Source: Gloeobacterales cyanobacterium (lineage in GTDB: Bacteria; Cyanobacteriota; Cyanobacteriia; Gloeobacterales; PMM-0068). From it: DNA of 64,000 nt. Under the pieces are notes generated by a model that made no database searches, was not told where the DNA came from, and saw only the letters and a program-made list of their open reading frames with translations. The translations under genes and the position numbers were made by a program. Of this stretch, positions 19,222 through 28,965 are shown piece after piece. Positions within the stretch are counted from its first letter, which is position 1; every line of letters begins with the position of its first letter. The stretch covers positions 32,609 through 96,608 of the forward strand of contig JBBRSB010000016.1 of NCBI GenBank assembly GCA_038245785.1. The letters run 5' to 3'.

Positions 19222-19854
19222 TTGCGTACTCTGTATTGGATTGGTTCAGCCTATATCGCGCTCTGTGCTCTGGTTTTGACTTCTCATGTGCTGACCTCTG
19301 AGACAGATGCTTCCGTAAACACTCCCCCAAGTACCTCTTCAGTGAGCGCGGCTGGAAATTCTCCAGGGGAACGCTGGTTTAACCAAATCAAAGCCCATTG
19401 CAATTCCGTAGAAGTAGCGACGGCGATAGAGTCTTCCCCTTCACCCAAGGACGCTGAGGGGTCTGCGTACAAGGCTGGATGCTATGCCCTGGCTGGAAAA
19501 ACGAAGCTTGCCAAAGCGACTATAGACGGATTATCAACCCGTGACCAAGATTATGCAGCTACCATCGTTTTCAATATTGGTCATCCGGTGGCTGATGCGG
19601 GGGACGATGAGTCAGCTGGCCCGATTATGCGCTTGGTGGTTGGCTATCAGCCCTACAACTTCATGGCTTTGTACCATGCAGGGATGTCGGAGTATGCGAT
19701 TGGCGAAAACGACCGCGCTACGCTCCACCTGAAGCAATTTTTGACAATTTATCAAAGCAATGATGGCTGGCGACAGAATGCCCTATCCGTACTGCAGACG
19801 ATTGAGAGCGGGTGCGGCTGCAAAGCGAAAAATCTCCTTCAGATGGAAGGCTAA
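19222..19854 (+). CDS. Secreted or membrane-anchored TPR-like hypothetical protein
   Basis: N-terminal hydrophobic helix; ALYHAGMSEY..G....A..HL.QFL..Y TPR-like segment. Confidence 0.7.
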   Translation: MRTLYWIGSAYIALCALVLTSHVLTSETDASVNTPPSTSSVSAAGNSPGERWFNQIKAHCNSVEVATAIESSPSPKDAEGSAYKAGCYALAGKTKLAKATIDGLSTRDQDYAATIVFNIGHPVADAGDDESAGPIMRLVVGYQPYNFMALYHAGMSEYAIGENDRATLHLKQFLTIYQSNDGWRQNALSVLQTIESGCGCKAKNLLQMEG

Positions 19855-19857
19855 GCG

Positions 19858-21699
19858 ATGACCTATCTTGCTCTAGGGACCCGAGTTCAAGACCGCTATG
19901 AATTGCTGCGCGAGATTGGTCGCGGAGGCCACTCCATAGTCTATGAAGCTCAAGACCACAAGCTGGAAATGCGGGTAGCGCTCAAGATGATTGTTCCGCC
20001 CCCAGCGGTCGCTCATATCGCCCGTGAACGGATACGTCGGGAAGTGCTAGCCGTCCGGGCCTTAACCCATCCTCATATTGTTCAAGTCTTTGACTTATTG
20101 GAAGAAGACCCCTGGAATTTTATTGTCATGGAGTTGGTTCTTGGGGCAGATCTGCAAGAGACCGTAAAAAAACAGGGTCCCTTGTCCGCAGAATTTGCCA
20201 CTCAGATTGGTCACGACATAGCTCAGGCTCTGGCTCTAGCCCATCGTCGAGGAGTCTTGCATCGCGATGTGAAGCCCTTGAATATTTTGGTCGGAGAAGA
20301 CCGCTTAGCGCGTTTGGCAGACTTTGGTTCTGCCCGTGTCGAAGGTCAAATCACGATGACCCAACTAGGATCTTTTGTTGGGACGCTAGACTACACGGCT
20401 CCAGAAGTACTGATCGGTAAACGAGCGGATGCCCGTTCCGATATTTTTGCACTGGGCATGACCTTGTATTTCATCTTGACGGGGAAATTTCCAGACCGCC
20501 CTTCACCTAATTTCCCTCCAGCCCCGGCTCCCCAAGGCCATCATCCCCGCAGCGAAAGGCTAGAAATTCCTGACTGGTTGGATAGCATCGTAGCCCAAGC
20601 CACCCGTTCCGACCCGTCGATGCGCTTTCCTACCGCGCACAGTATGGCTGAGGCATTGAAACAGCGCACCTTAGCTTCCAGCAAAAAAAGCTTTTCTAAA
20701 GCCCAAGTTTGCCTGGTATGCAGTGCCCCAGATCCGCTGAGTCTTTCGGTTTGTTCCAGCTGTAGAAGTGCGACGACCGAACCTGTGGATACCCTCGTGG
20801 TCTCCTATCCTCCCGCCGGACCAGAGGCCAGACAAGTCTTAGAAGATACGCTCGTTGAACTATTTGAAGTTTCTGTCGTTGAGGTACAGGAAGCCCTAGA
20901 AGGGACTCGTCCCTTACTCTTGGTTCCGTCCAGTAGTGCATCCGCTATCGTGGCACAGCTAGCGACCCATAAGGTCTCTGCCCGCGCTCTCCCTACAAAG
21001 CAAGCCTGGCGTTTGATCCCAGTTCCTTTCTATGGTTTTCTAGCAGGGATGACAGGATTTGGCTGTTTGGTCGGTCTCTGGGCCTTACCTGTGCTGCTGT
21101 GGACCAGTATGGTCTTGGGGAGCGTTCTCTTTTTCGTGGCCTATCAGTCAGCAAGAAAGCCTCTGATAGAGCTGCAAGCGTCACCCACCTCAGAAGATCT
21201 TCCGCCTGCCGTAAAAACGAAAGTGGTGCAAGTGCTTTCGCTACTGCCTTCTGGAACGGCCCGGAGTTTGCTATCGGATGTAGTCTATCTGGGGCAAGAC
21301 CTGCGCAAAACCTTCGCTCAAACCAAATCGATTCCCTCAGATGTCGAACGCTATGCTGGTGAGTTGCTCATTGCTGCCTGCAATTCAGCTTTGGTCCTAG
21401 AGCGACTAGACCGCACCCTCGTCCGTCTAGAAATTCAGCGTCTAGAGTTTTCAGACCTGCCTGCAGAATGGCTTGAAGGATTGAACAAGTGTGAACAAAC
21501 GCGGGACTGTCTGGTGCAAAAACTGTTAGAAACGGTGGCGATGTTGGGGATTGCTCAGAGTCAAGCCGTTCTCGCCCCTCGAGGCGTTGGCCAACAGCTG
21601 GCAGAAATCAATACAGAACTACGTCGTGAACTCCACATCCAAGCTGAAGTGACCCGCGAATTTGAGAAGTTATTCCATCCCCTGCCTCTCAAGGCGTAG
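19858..21699 (+). CDS. Hanks-type Ser/Thr protein kinase with Zn-ribbon, two TM helices and a helical C-terminus
   Basis: IGRGG..VY.A, VALK, HRDVKPLN, DFG, APE; CLVC...CSSC. Confidence 0.92.
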   Translation: MTYLALGTRVQDRYELLREIGRGGHSIVYEAQDHKLEMRVALKMIVPPPAVAHIARERIRREVLAVRALTHPHIVQVFDLLEEDPWNFIVMELVLGADLQETVKKQGPLSAEFATQIGHDIAQALALAHRRGVLHRDVKPLNILVGEDRLARLADFGSARVEGQITMTQLGSFVGTLDYTAPEVLIGKRADARSDIFALGMTLYFILTGKFPDRPSPNFPPAPAPQGHHPRSERLEIPDWLDSIVAQATRSDPSMRFPTAHSMAEALKQRTLASSKKSFSKAQVCLVCSAPDPLSLSVCSSCRSATTEPVDTLVVSYPPAGPEARQVLEDTLVELFEVSVVEVQEALEGTRPLLLVPSSSASAIVAQLATHKVSARALPTKQAWRLIPVPFYGFLAGMTGFGCLVGLWALPVLLWTSMVLGSVLFFVAYQSARKPLIELQASPTSEDLPPAVKTKVVQVLSLLPSGTARSLLSDVVYLGQDLRKTFAQTKSIPSDVERYAGELLIAACNSALVLERLDRTLVRLEIQRLEFSDLPAEWLEGLNKCEQTRDCLVQKLLETVAMLGIAQSQAVLAPRGVGQQLAEINTELRRELHIQAEVTREFEKLFHPLPLKA

Positions 21700-21861
21700 C
21701 TTTGCCTGTTGATCTTGTACTGACTGCCAACATTGCGACGCGCATATTGAGATTGGCTCGGCTTGATGAATATAGCCTTGTGGTTAAGAAGTGTTAGGTA
21801 GAGAAATTTGTCTGTGTAATGACTACTAAAATTATGAGTATTTCAAAGATTGACACATCTA

Positions 21862-22317
21862 ATGAATCCAAAAGACATTCTTTCAAAAGCTGAAATGACA
21901 AAAGAGCGAATGCCTCAAGAGTTGTCAATTTGGGTAGAAGATCGCCATAGTCTGTTCTGGACTTCCAAGGAATCACGAAAATACTGTAGAGAAGGTCGTG
22001 GTCTTTCCAAGAAATTTATTAAATCAGAAGGAGGATTAGAAAACCTTCTCTTACTCATCAAGAAAGCGGCTGAAGGCAAATCTAATAAGCCATATGGGAG
22101 TCAACATATTCTACTTGTTGTGTTCTCGAACTATCTAAGTTTTTTGCTTAAAGAAGAGGATAAATATCCAGAGAATTCAAGTTATATAAAAAGCTTTAAA
22201 GACTCTGTATATAGGGATATAGTGACGTTACCCCTCGATTTTCAGATAGTCTATGTTTTTGATTATTCTAGTAGTATTTTTTTGCCGATTCCAATAGAAA
22301 AGTATAATTTGGGTTAG
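21862..22317 (+). CDS. AT-rich hypothetical protein
   Basis: About 151-aa ORF, visibly more AT-rich than its neighbours. Confidence 0.55.
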   Translation: MNPKDILSKAEMTKERMPQELSIWVEDRHSLFWTSKESRKYCREGRGLSKKFIKSEGGLENLLLLIKKAAEGKSNKPYGSQHILLVVFSNYLSFLLKEEDKYPENSSYIKSFKDSVYRDIVTLPLDFQIVYVFDYSSSIFLPIPIEKYNLG

Positions 22318-22589
22318 TACATCTAACCCACTGCCGATTAAGAAAAATCTTAGGAATGGTTTAGCAGTATCTAGAGACAAAATCAAATGGTTGTCGATGT
22401 CTACAAATCTATCTAAGTTACTGCCCACACAGCGCCATAGCTTGAGAAGGCTCTTGTGGTAAAGATTGCTCGCGTGGCAATATCTGAGCGCTATAGAGCA
22501 GGGACAGAAGTTGACTTCATCGCCTGATCTGGCATGCGGACGCATCTGCTCAACTTGCCATAGCTCCTATAAATATTCTAGGGACTTTT

Positions 22590-22808
22590 TTATGGGTTTT
22601 CTGGATTCGAGGTTGCTTGAGCTACGGCTTCGATTTTTTCTAGGGGCAGATGGAGTGCCTGGGCTATTTGTTCTAGGCTGAGACCCAATTTGAGTAATTC
22701 AGGCACAGTTTCCAGCTTGCCTTCCAATTTGCCTGCCAGCTTGCCTTTACTCTCTATCGACTTATAAAGCCTAGATTGCTCGAACTCACTGTCTGTTATC
22801 GTCAGCAT
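22590..22808 (-). CDS. Putative intragenic small Rpn protein (RpnS-like antitoxin), 72 aa
   Basis: In-frame ATG (Met197) preceded by GAGGAG at 9-nt spacing. Confidence 0.55.
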   Translation of the reverse strand: MLTITDSEFEQSRLYKSIESKGKLAGKLEGKLETVPELLKLGLSLEQIAQALHLPLEKIEAVAQATSNPENP

Positions 22809-23396
22809 TGCCTCTATCTCCTCGTCGCTCATACTAGAGAACTTGTAGGAAACCACTGTCTCAATTAGTTCTATCATATCCCTTCGGATAGGCTCCCTTG
22901 CCTCAGACCGTACTTGTTCCAGAAGTCGTCTTGCTTTTTCTGCTGCTGTGGTTTCCGGTTCTACGACCAGTTTAAGAATACCCAGACTCATGGATGCTCC
23001 TTCTTCATCTACTTCATCCAGATAAATTCGCTCCACCTGATTACAGTTCAACAGGGCTCGATAGTGAGATGAATCATCGGGCTCCACGTTCCTGCCAGGG
23101 AAAATGACTACCGCACGCCAATCACTGGGCTCTGGGTACTGTCTCAAGTACAGAAAAATCTCAGAGAAGAACCGAGCATAAAATTGAGGATCCTCCTGAA
23201 ACTGCACTTCTGCAAAATAAACGGGCTGGGCAGGACGACTCGGCAGAAATATGCCATCGATACGAAAGGCAGTCTGCTTAATTTCCACGGACCGAAATTG
23301 ATAGCCCTCGGCTTGTTCTGGAGACTGACCAATAAGAGAGAAGAAACTGCCTGGCAGGGTCTGAAAAATTCGGTAGAAGAGGCTATCTGTTTTCAC
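22590..23396 (-). CDS. Rpn family (DUF2887-type) PD-(D/E)XK nuclease
   Basis: MKTDSLFY.IFQ, F.SVEIKQ.AFRIDG, F.EVQFQ.D, C-terminal GKLEGKLE..P.LL.LGL. Confidence 0.92.
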   Translation of the reverse strand: MKTDSLFYRIFQTLPGSFFSLIGQSPEQAEGYQFRSVEIKQTAFRIDGIFLPSRPAQPVYFAEVQFQEDPQFYARFFSEIFLYLRQYPEPSDWRAVVIFPGRNVEPDDSSHYRALLNCNQVERIYLDEVDEEGASMSLGILKLVVEPETTAAEKARRLLEQVRSEAREPIRRDMIELIETVVSYKFSSMSDEEIEAMLTITDSEFEQSRLYKSIESKGKLAGKLEGKLETVPELLKLGLSLEQIAQALHLPLEKIEAVAQATSNPENP

Positions 23397-23442
23397 AGCG
23401 CTTAGTTTAGCGCAGACTGGTCATTAGATTTTATAGCCTCCA

Positions 23443-24276
23443 ATGACCCTTTACCTCGTCGCAACACCGATTGGAAACCTAGAAGACATTACCTTGAGAG
23501 CCCTACGGTTGCTCAAAGAAGTGGACTTAATTTTGGCGGAGGATACCCGCCATAGTCGCAAACTGTTAAACCACTTTGCAATTACTACGCCGCTAGAAAG
23601 CTATCACCAGCACAGTGGTCCAAAAAGAGTGCAAGTAATTGTCGAACAGCTGGTGCAGGGCAAGACGATGGCCTTGGTCAGTGATGCTGGAACACCCGCA
23701 GTCAGCGACCCCGGAGTGGAATTAGTCCAAGCTTGCATTGCGCAGAATATCCCTGTAGTGGCACTGCCAGGAGCGAATGCTGTTTTATCTGCGCTGATTA
23801 TTTCGGGCTTGCCTACCGACCGTTTTGTCTTTGAAGGATTTCTGGATGACAGCCAGACTAGATGCAGAGAACAGATTACCGCCTGGAAGACGGAGCCTCG
23901 GACCATCGTTTTCTATGAAGCGCCTCACCGCTTGCGAAAAACCCTGGCAGAACTGCTCACCATGCTTGACCCGCAACGTCCTCTGGTCTGGACCCGTGAA
24001 CTTACCAAAATCCACGAACAGGTAGGGCGTGGCAGTCTGCAAGAAGTCCAGCACTATTTCCAAGAGCACGAACCCAAGGGAGAATTCACCCTTGTCTTAG
24101 CTGGCATTACAGAGCATCAACCGAGAGACCTCAGCGATGAATCTTTAGCGCAAGAGTTAAAACGTCTCCTTAAAGCAGGGCAGTCTCCCTCAGAGGCCGC
24201 ACGACTTTTAGCAGAAGAAACGGGATTGCCACGCCGCCGAATTTATCGTTTATCGCTGGAACTAGGAGACTTTTGA
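23443..24276 (+). CDS. rsmI: 16S rRNA C1402 2'-O-methyltransferase
   Basis: LYLVATPIGNLEDIT.RA, EDTR, SDAGTP.VSDPG, YEAPHR, RELTK.HE. Confidence 0.97.
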   Translation: MTLYLVATPIGNLEDITLRALRLLKEVDLILAEDTRHSRKLLNHFAITTPLESYHQHSGPKRVQVIVEQLVQGKTMALVSDAGTPAVSDPGVELVQACIAQNIPVVALPGANAVLSALIISGLPTDRFVFEGFLDDSQTRCREQITAWKTEPRTIVFYEAPHRLRKTLAELLTMLDPQRPLVWTRELTKIHEQVGRGSLQEVQHYFQEHEPKGEFTLVLAGITEHQPRDLSDESLAQELKRLLKAGQSPSEAARLLAEETGLPRRRIYRLSLELGDF

Positions 24277-25001
24277 GGTTGAGCAATCGCTCTTATTTTC
24301 TGGATGATGTCATGGACTTTAGCTTCGTCCAGCGTCCCTTCATGACGATCCAGCTCTTTGTCTAGATGCGCGATATCAGTGATATACACTCCCCGCAGTT
24401 TCATCGGTTTCACTTCCGCCCGGGTGAAGCAAAGCACAGGATGAACCGTCAAATCCAAAGCCCGCAGCGCATCTGCCAGGGAACGCGTTTGGGCCACAAA
24501 ATCTTTCTTAGGCCAAACCATGCCCATCGGTTGCCGAAAACCAATTCGTCCTTGGGATACCATCATCGTTCCCTGTTGACTCTTGGTTTCTACAATCACG
24601 ATCCCTTTCGGTCCGACCAATAAATGGTCTACGTCGCCGATATCTTTGAGCAAGATGTTGTTAAACAAATGCCAGCCTTCTCTTTCCCGTAACAGCTCTT
24701 TGAGATGAGCTGATACGACTTCCTCGGCCTTGGCTCCCCGCCGCGCATTGTAGACCAGACGGCTCTGTTGATTTAGGCGATAGCCTAAAAAGATCGATAG
24801 CAGGCAGAGGAGGGAAGTAAAAAAGACGTCCCTAAATACCAGAGCCGCTACCATGGCTACAACAGAGAAAAATATCGAAAAGAAACCTAAATTCAGGGCG
24901 GTGAAACGGCGTTTTTTGGCGAGTCCGCGCACGTAAGAACCGGCTGAGTTGCTTTCCAACTCATCGTTATCTTCCATGGGTGTCGATTGGGATGAGCTCA
25001 C
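24243..25001 (-). CDS. Membrane-anchored NERD (nuclease-related) domain protein
   Basis: Two TM helices, then G.KAE..V..L, GDVDHLLVGPKGI.IVETK. Confidence 0.85.
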   Translation of the reverse strand: MSSSQSTPMEDNDELESNSAGSYVRGLAKKRRFTALNLGFFSIFFSVVAMVAALVFRDVFFTSLLCLLSIFLGYRLNQQSRLVYNARRGAKAEEVVSAHLKELLREREGWHLFNNILLKDIGDVDHLLVGPKGIVIVETKSQQGTMMVSQGRIGFRQPMGMVWPKKDFVAQTRSLADALRALDLTVHPVLCFTRAEVKPMKLRGVYITDIAHLDKELDRHEGTLDEAKVHDIIQKIRAIAQPQKSPSSSDKR

Positions 25002-25206
25002 AAGCTACCTTTGCAGTCTCTCAGGGCATAAATACCTATCTAGTAATAGTTTAGCTGCAGGATTGTTCGGCTTGGAAACTCTTAACTTTACTCGCGGAAT
25101 CCCCCATTCTCTAACGCGGTGGGGCAGGTCACGGGAAACCACATAATGACGGCAGTAAACGCTACACGCTAGCATAAAAGAGAACGCCGTTAGTGTAGGA
25201 ACGTCC

Positions 25207-25521
25207 ATGGGATTTTTTGATTCTGACATTGTCCAAAAGGAAGCAGCACAGTTCATGCAGGACTATCAAAATCTGACAGCCTTGGGTGGTAAGTACGGCC
25301 AGTTTGACCGGGCTGGCAAAGAAATGTACATTGCCCAGATGGAAGACCTGCTCAGCCGCTATCGCATCTTCTTGAAACGGATGGAACTGTCCGATGATTT
25401 TATGGCGCAGATGTCCATGAAGCAGATGCATGAACAAATTGGTAATCTCGGGGTAAGCCCAGCCCAAATGTTTGAGCAGATGGAGCGGTCTCTAGCGCGG
25501 ATGAAACAGGAAATTCAATGA
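25207..25521 (+). CDS. DUF1825 family protein
   Basis: MGFFDSDIVQ.EA..., RY.IF.KR.ELSDDF. Confidence 0.85.
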   Translation: MGFFDSDIVQKEAAQFMQDYQNLTALGGKYGQFDRAGKEMYIAQMEDLLSRYRIFLKRMELSDDFMAQMSMKQMHEQIGNLGVSPAQMFEQMERSLARMKQEIQ

Positions 25522-25958
25522 AAAAGGCCCAAGGTCGATCCATGCTATCTCAAACGCATAAGCAGACGGGACTGCGCCAAACCAAAGGCCAGCAGGCAGT
25601 TCTCGATACCTTGGGAAGGAGCGAACATCTGCTCAGCGCTCAGGAAATCTATGTCCAACTCAGAGCGACAGAGTATCCTGTGGGGCTGGCGACGGTCTAT
25701 CGGGCAGTGGAGTCTCTGGTGGAAGAAGGGAAAATCCAGTCCATCAGTTTGGAAGGCCAAGCCTACTACCAAGTTGCTCAAGGCAGGCATAGCCGTCACC
25801 ATTTAGTTTGTCTGGAATGCAAAAAAGTAATCCCGATTGCTGGTTGCCCGGTAGGTGAACTGGAGCGTCAACTCTCCTCCCAGCATGCTTTTGTGATTAA
25901 CTATCACGTGCTGGATTTTTTTGGCACCTGTGCTCAGTGTGATTCCCTTAGTCCTTAA
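25518..25958 (+). CDS. Fur family regulator (Zur-like)
   Basis: GLATVYR, HHLVCLEC, H.LDFFG.CAQC. Confidence 0.9.
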   Translation: MKKAQGRSMLSQTHKQTGLRQTKGQQAVLDTLGRSEHLLSAQEIYVQLRATEYPVGLATVYRAVESLVEEGKIQSISLEGQAYYQVAQGRHSRHHLVCLECKKVIPIAGCPVGELERQLSSQHAFVINYHVLDFFGTCAQCDSLSP

Positions 25959-27088
25959 GACAAATTCTCAGCCCTCACCAGCAGAACAAGATTATCTCGG
26001 TGGACCGCTTCTTCTGCGCCTTCATGGCCCAATATTTCTGGAATACGGTCACTTTTTTGACCAAGTAACTTACGCAAATCACTGCTGCTGTAGTTAACCA
26101 ATCCACGAGCAAATGCTGAACCGTTTAAATCACATAGGTCCACCAGCGATTGAGCTTTAAAATTTCCCTCCATCGCCTTGATCCCTGCAGGCAGAAGTGA
26201 TTTACCCTGGGCTTGAAGCGCTTTTACGGCGCCCTTGTCTAAGAGCAGTTTCCCTTTGGGCACGAGGCCATAGGCTATCCAAAGTTGACGGGAGTTCATC
26301 GGCTCTTTCTGTGGCAGAAATTTAGTTCCGATGGCCTCTCCCGCCAGAATTTTGGGCAGATTTTGGGGAATGGCTCCATCCGTAATCACCATCGTGATTC
26401 CGCCCACCGTAGCGATTCGGGCGGCTTCCAGTTTAGTGAGCATGCCTCCAGTGCCCCAGGCACTCCCTTTCCCGACCGCTACTTGGTCTAGCTCGGCAGA
26501 GACTTTGTCTACTTCTGCGATCAGTTGAGCTTCCGGGTCCAGATGGGGATTGGCGGAATATAATCCGGCTACATCAGTGAATAGAATTAACCAGTTGGCT
26601 TTGACTAGCGTTCCAACCCGTGCTGAAAGAGTATCGTTGTCTCCGAACTTGAGTTCTTCTACCGCGACCGTGTCATTTTCATTGATGACGGGAATGACGC
26701 CGAGGGCAAAAAGTTCATTCAAGGTGCGGTATATATTCAAATAGCGGTCACGGTCTACTAAATCGGCTCTGGTCAGTAGCACTTGGGCAACGGGCTGGTC
26801 AAGAAAGGAAAAAAAACGGTCATAGAGACTCATCAGCAAGCCTTGCCCAACCGCAGCAGTGGCCTGTTTGCCTTCTAACGTAGTCGGACGAGTCTTCATC
26901 CCTAACCGCTTGGCTCCTACGCCCACGGCTCCAGAGCTAACGAGGACTACTTTCCAACCTGAACGTCTAAGCCGGGTGAGCTCTTCGGCCAAACCACCAA
27001 TCACAGACAGCTTCAAGTCTCCCGTGGTCCGGTCTGTCAGACTTGAAGTGCCAATTTTTACGACTACCGTACCGAGTTTTTGGGCCAT
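25955..27088 (-). CDS. proB: Glutamate 5-kinase with PUA domain
   Basis: VVKIGTSSL, AAVGQ, NENDTV..ELKFGDNDTLSA, GTGGM.TKL. Confidence 0.97.
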   Translation of the reverse strand: MAQKLGTVVVKIGTSSLTDRTTGDLKLSVIGGLAEELTRLRRSGWKVVLVSSGAVGVGAKRLGMKTRPTTLEGKQATAAVGQGLLMSLYDRFFSFLDQPVAQVLLTRADLVDRDRYLNIYRTLNELFALGVIPVINENDTVAVEELKFGDNDTLSARVGTLVKANWLILFTDVAGLYSANPHLDPEAQLIAEVDKVSAELDQVAVGKGSAWGTGGMLTKLEAARIATVGGITMVITDGAIPQNLPKILAGEAIGTKFLPQKEPMNSRQLWIAYGLVPKGKLLLDKGAVKALQAQGKSLLPAGIKAMEGNFKAQSLVDLCDLNGSAFARGLVNYSSSDLRKLLGQKSDRIPEILGHEGAEEAVHRDNLVLLVRAENLS

Positions 27089-27166
27089 AGTGCAGGTCAC
27101 AAGGTCAAGAGAGCCTATCTATTATCCTTAGGAGCTGTACCCTGGTGGTAGCACTGAAATTATTGA

Positions 27167-28636
27167 ATGGCCTTACAACAACTCCAACGAAACTGGCGGG
27201 CCGTCGCCAAAAAATTTGAAGCAATTGTCGGTAAAACCGCAGTCGTCTGGGCTCCTGAGGAGTTAGTGGTTTTTGAATGTGACGGTTTGACCAGTTATCG
27301 AGAACGCCCGGAAGTAGTAGTGCTGCCCCAGACCACGGAGCAGTTGGCAGAAGTAATTAAAATCTGCAACCGTGAAGAGATTGCTTTTGTCGCTAGAGGC
27401 TCTGGCACCGGGTTATCTGGAGGTGCCTTGCCCGTTGAGAACTGTGTGCTGATTGTCACAGCCCGGATGCGCAAAATTTTAGAAGTGGATCTGGAAAATC
27501 AGCGAGTTGTCGTTCAGCCAGGAGTGATTAACAGTTGGGTGACCCAAGCCGTCAGCGGTGCAGGGTTTTACTATGCGCCAGACCCTTCCAGCCAAATCAT
27601 CTGCTCTATCGGAGGCAATGTGGCGGAGAACTCAGGGGGGGTTCACTGCCTGAAGTATGGAGTGACCACCAATCACGTTCTTGGTCTAAAGTTAGTCCTG
27701 CCGGATGGCTCCATTGTTGATGTTGGCGGTAAGTTACCCGAGATGCCTGGTTATGATCTAACGGGCATTTTTGTCGGCTCAGAGGGAACCTTAGGCATTG
27801 CCACAGAAATCACGCTCAAGATTCTGAAGGCACCGGAAACGGTTCATGTTCTACTCGCTGACTATGCCACGGTGGAAGAAGCAGGGTCTACGGTCTCTGA
27901 CATCATTAGCGCAGGCGTTATCCCTGGTGGCATGGAAATCATGGATAACTTAAGCATCAACGCCGTAGAAGATGTAGTCGCGACAAACTGCTATCCACGG
28001 GATGCGGGAGCAATTCTACTGATTGAAATTGATGGACTGGCTGTAGAAGTTGAAGCCAGCAGTCAAATTGTTGAAAAACTCTGTCGCAAAAATGGAGCCC
28101 GAAATGTCAAGGTGGCTACCGACCCCGATGAACGCTTAAAAATGTGGAAAGGGCGAAAGGCGGCGTTTGCTGCAATGGGGCAGCGCAGCCCTGATTACTA
28201 TGTGCAAGATGGCGTCATTCCTCGGACAAAGCTAACCTATGTGCTCAAAGAAATTGAAGCTCTAGGGAAGAAGCACGGTTATGAAGTTGCTAACGTTTTC
28301 CATGCTGGTGATGGTAATCTCCATCCTTTGATTCTTTACGATAATGCAGTTCCTGGCGCGCTAGAAGAAGTGGAAGAACTGGGTGGTGAGATTCTGAAAC
28401 TCTGTGTGCGCATTGGCGGCAGTATTTCTGGAGAGCATGGAGTCGGTGCCGAAAAGCGCTGCTACATGCCAGAAATGTTCACGCCAGCAGATCTGGAAAC
28501 GATGCAGTGGGTGCGCAAGGTTTTTGATCCAAAAGGGATAGCCAATCCAACCAAGATTTTTCCGACGCCACGCACCTGTGGAGAAGGGGCACGCCCTATC
28601 CATAACGAGAAGTTCAAATCAGTGGAACGGTATTGA
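27167..28636 (+). CDS. glcD: Glycolate oxidase subunit GlcD
   Basis: RGSGTGLSGGA, PDPSSQ, HCLKYG.T, FHAGDGNLHP, GEHGVG. Confidence 0.93.
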   Translation: MALQQLQRNWRAVAKKFEAIVGKTAVVWAPEELVVFECDGLTSYRERPEVVVLPQTTEQLAEVIKICNREEIAFVARGSGTGLSGGALPVENCVLIVTARMRKILEVDLENQRVVVQPGVINSWVTQAVSGAGFYYAPDPSSQIICSIGGNVAENSGGVHCLKYGVTTNHVLGLKLVLPDGSIVDVGGKLPEMPGYDLTGIFVGSEGTLGIATEITLKILKAPETVHVLLADYATVEEAGSTVSDIISAGVIPGGMEIMDNLSINAVEDVVATNCYPRDAGAILLIEIDGLAVEVEASSQIVEKLCRKNGARNVKVATDPDERLKMWKGRKAAFAAMGQRSPDYYVQDGVIPRTKLTYVLKEIEALGKKHGYEVANVFHAGDGNLHPLILYDNAVPGALEEVEELGGEILKLCVRIGGSISGEHGVGAEKRCYMPEMFTPADLETMQWVRKVFDPKGIANPTKIFPTPRTCGEGARPIHNEKFKSVERY

Positions 28637-28638
28637 GA

Positions 28639-28806
28639 CTGGCTTCGACTCCGCTCAGCCAGCAAAAGCCAGTGAAAAGACATCAAAGAAGCAGACCGTG
28701 AATTTAAGCTCCCTTTGGCTCTTGCTCCCTGAGCGGAGTCGTGTCCGGCACAAAGTACCTGCTGCCGTAGGCAGATTGAACAGGTAGGCGAAGCCGAGAA
28801 GGGAGC
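28639..28806. repeat. REP doublet 1 (inverted pair); second unit carries a 57-bp insert
   Basis: ctggcttcgactccgctcagccagc (28639) and gctccctgagcggagtc[28741-28797]gaagggagc. Confidence 0.85.
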
Positions 28807-28965
28807 GACAAGGCAATACAGGAGATCTTCATGTGGCCGAGGCATCGGCTGATTGGGCAGTAATCGCGATGAGAAAAAGATGCAGCGGTCAGACAGTGGG
28901 TGCAATCTTTAAGATGAATTCAAAAAACCTGAATCCAAAATGAGGGAAATTGCTCCTCTGTTTGA

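Noticed and set aside
22228..22681. ORFs 22228-22545 (-) and 22466-22681 (+)
   Set aside because: No recognisable family; they overlap neighbouring genes
25040..25200. Possible structured ncRNA (SRP/6S-like) between the NERD and DUF1825 genes
   Set aside because: Some pairing potential, but the SRP GGAA/AGCAG motif is absent and there are no other diagnostic features; needs an Rfam search
28462..28905. ORFs containing LLAERSRSQ (also the N-terminal extension 31166-31285)
   Set aside because: These are translations of the REP repeat, not real coding sequence
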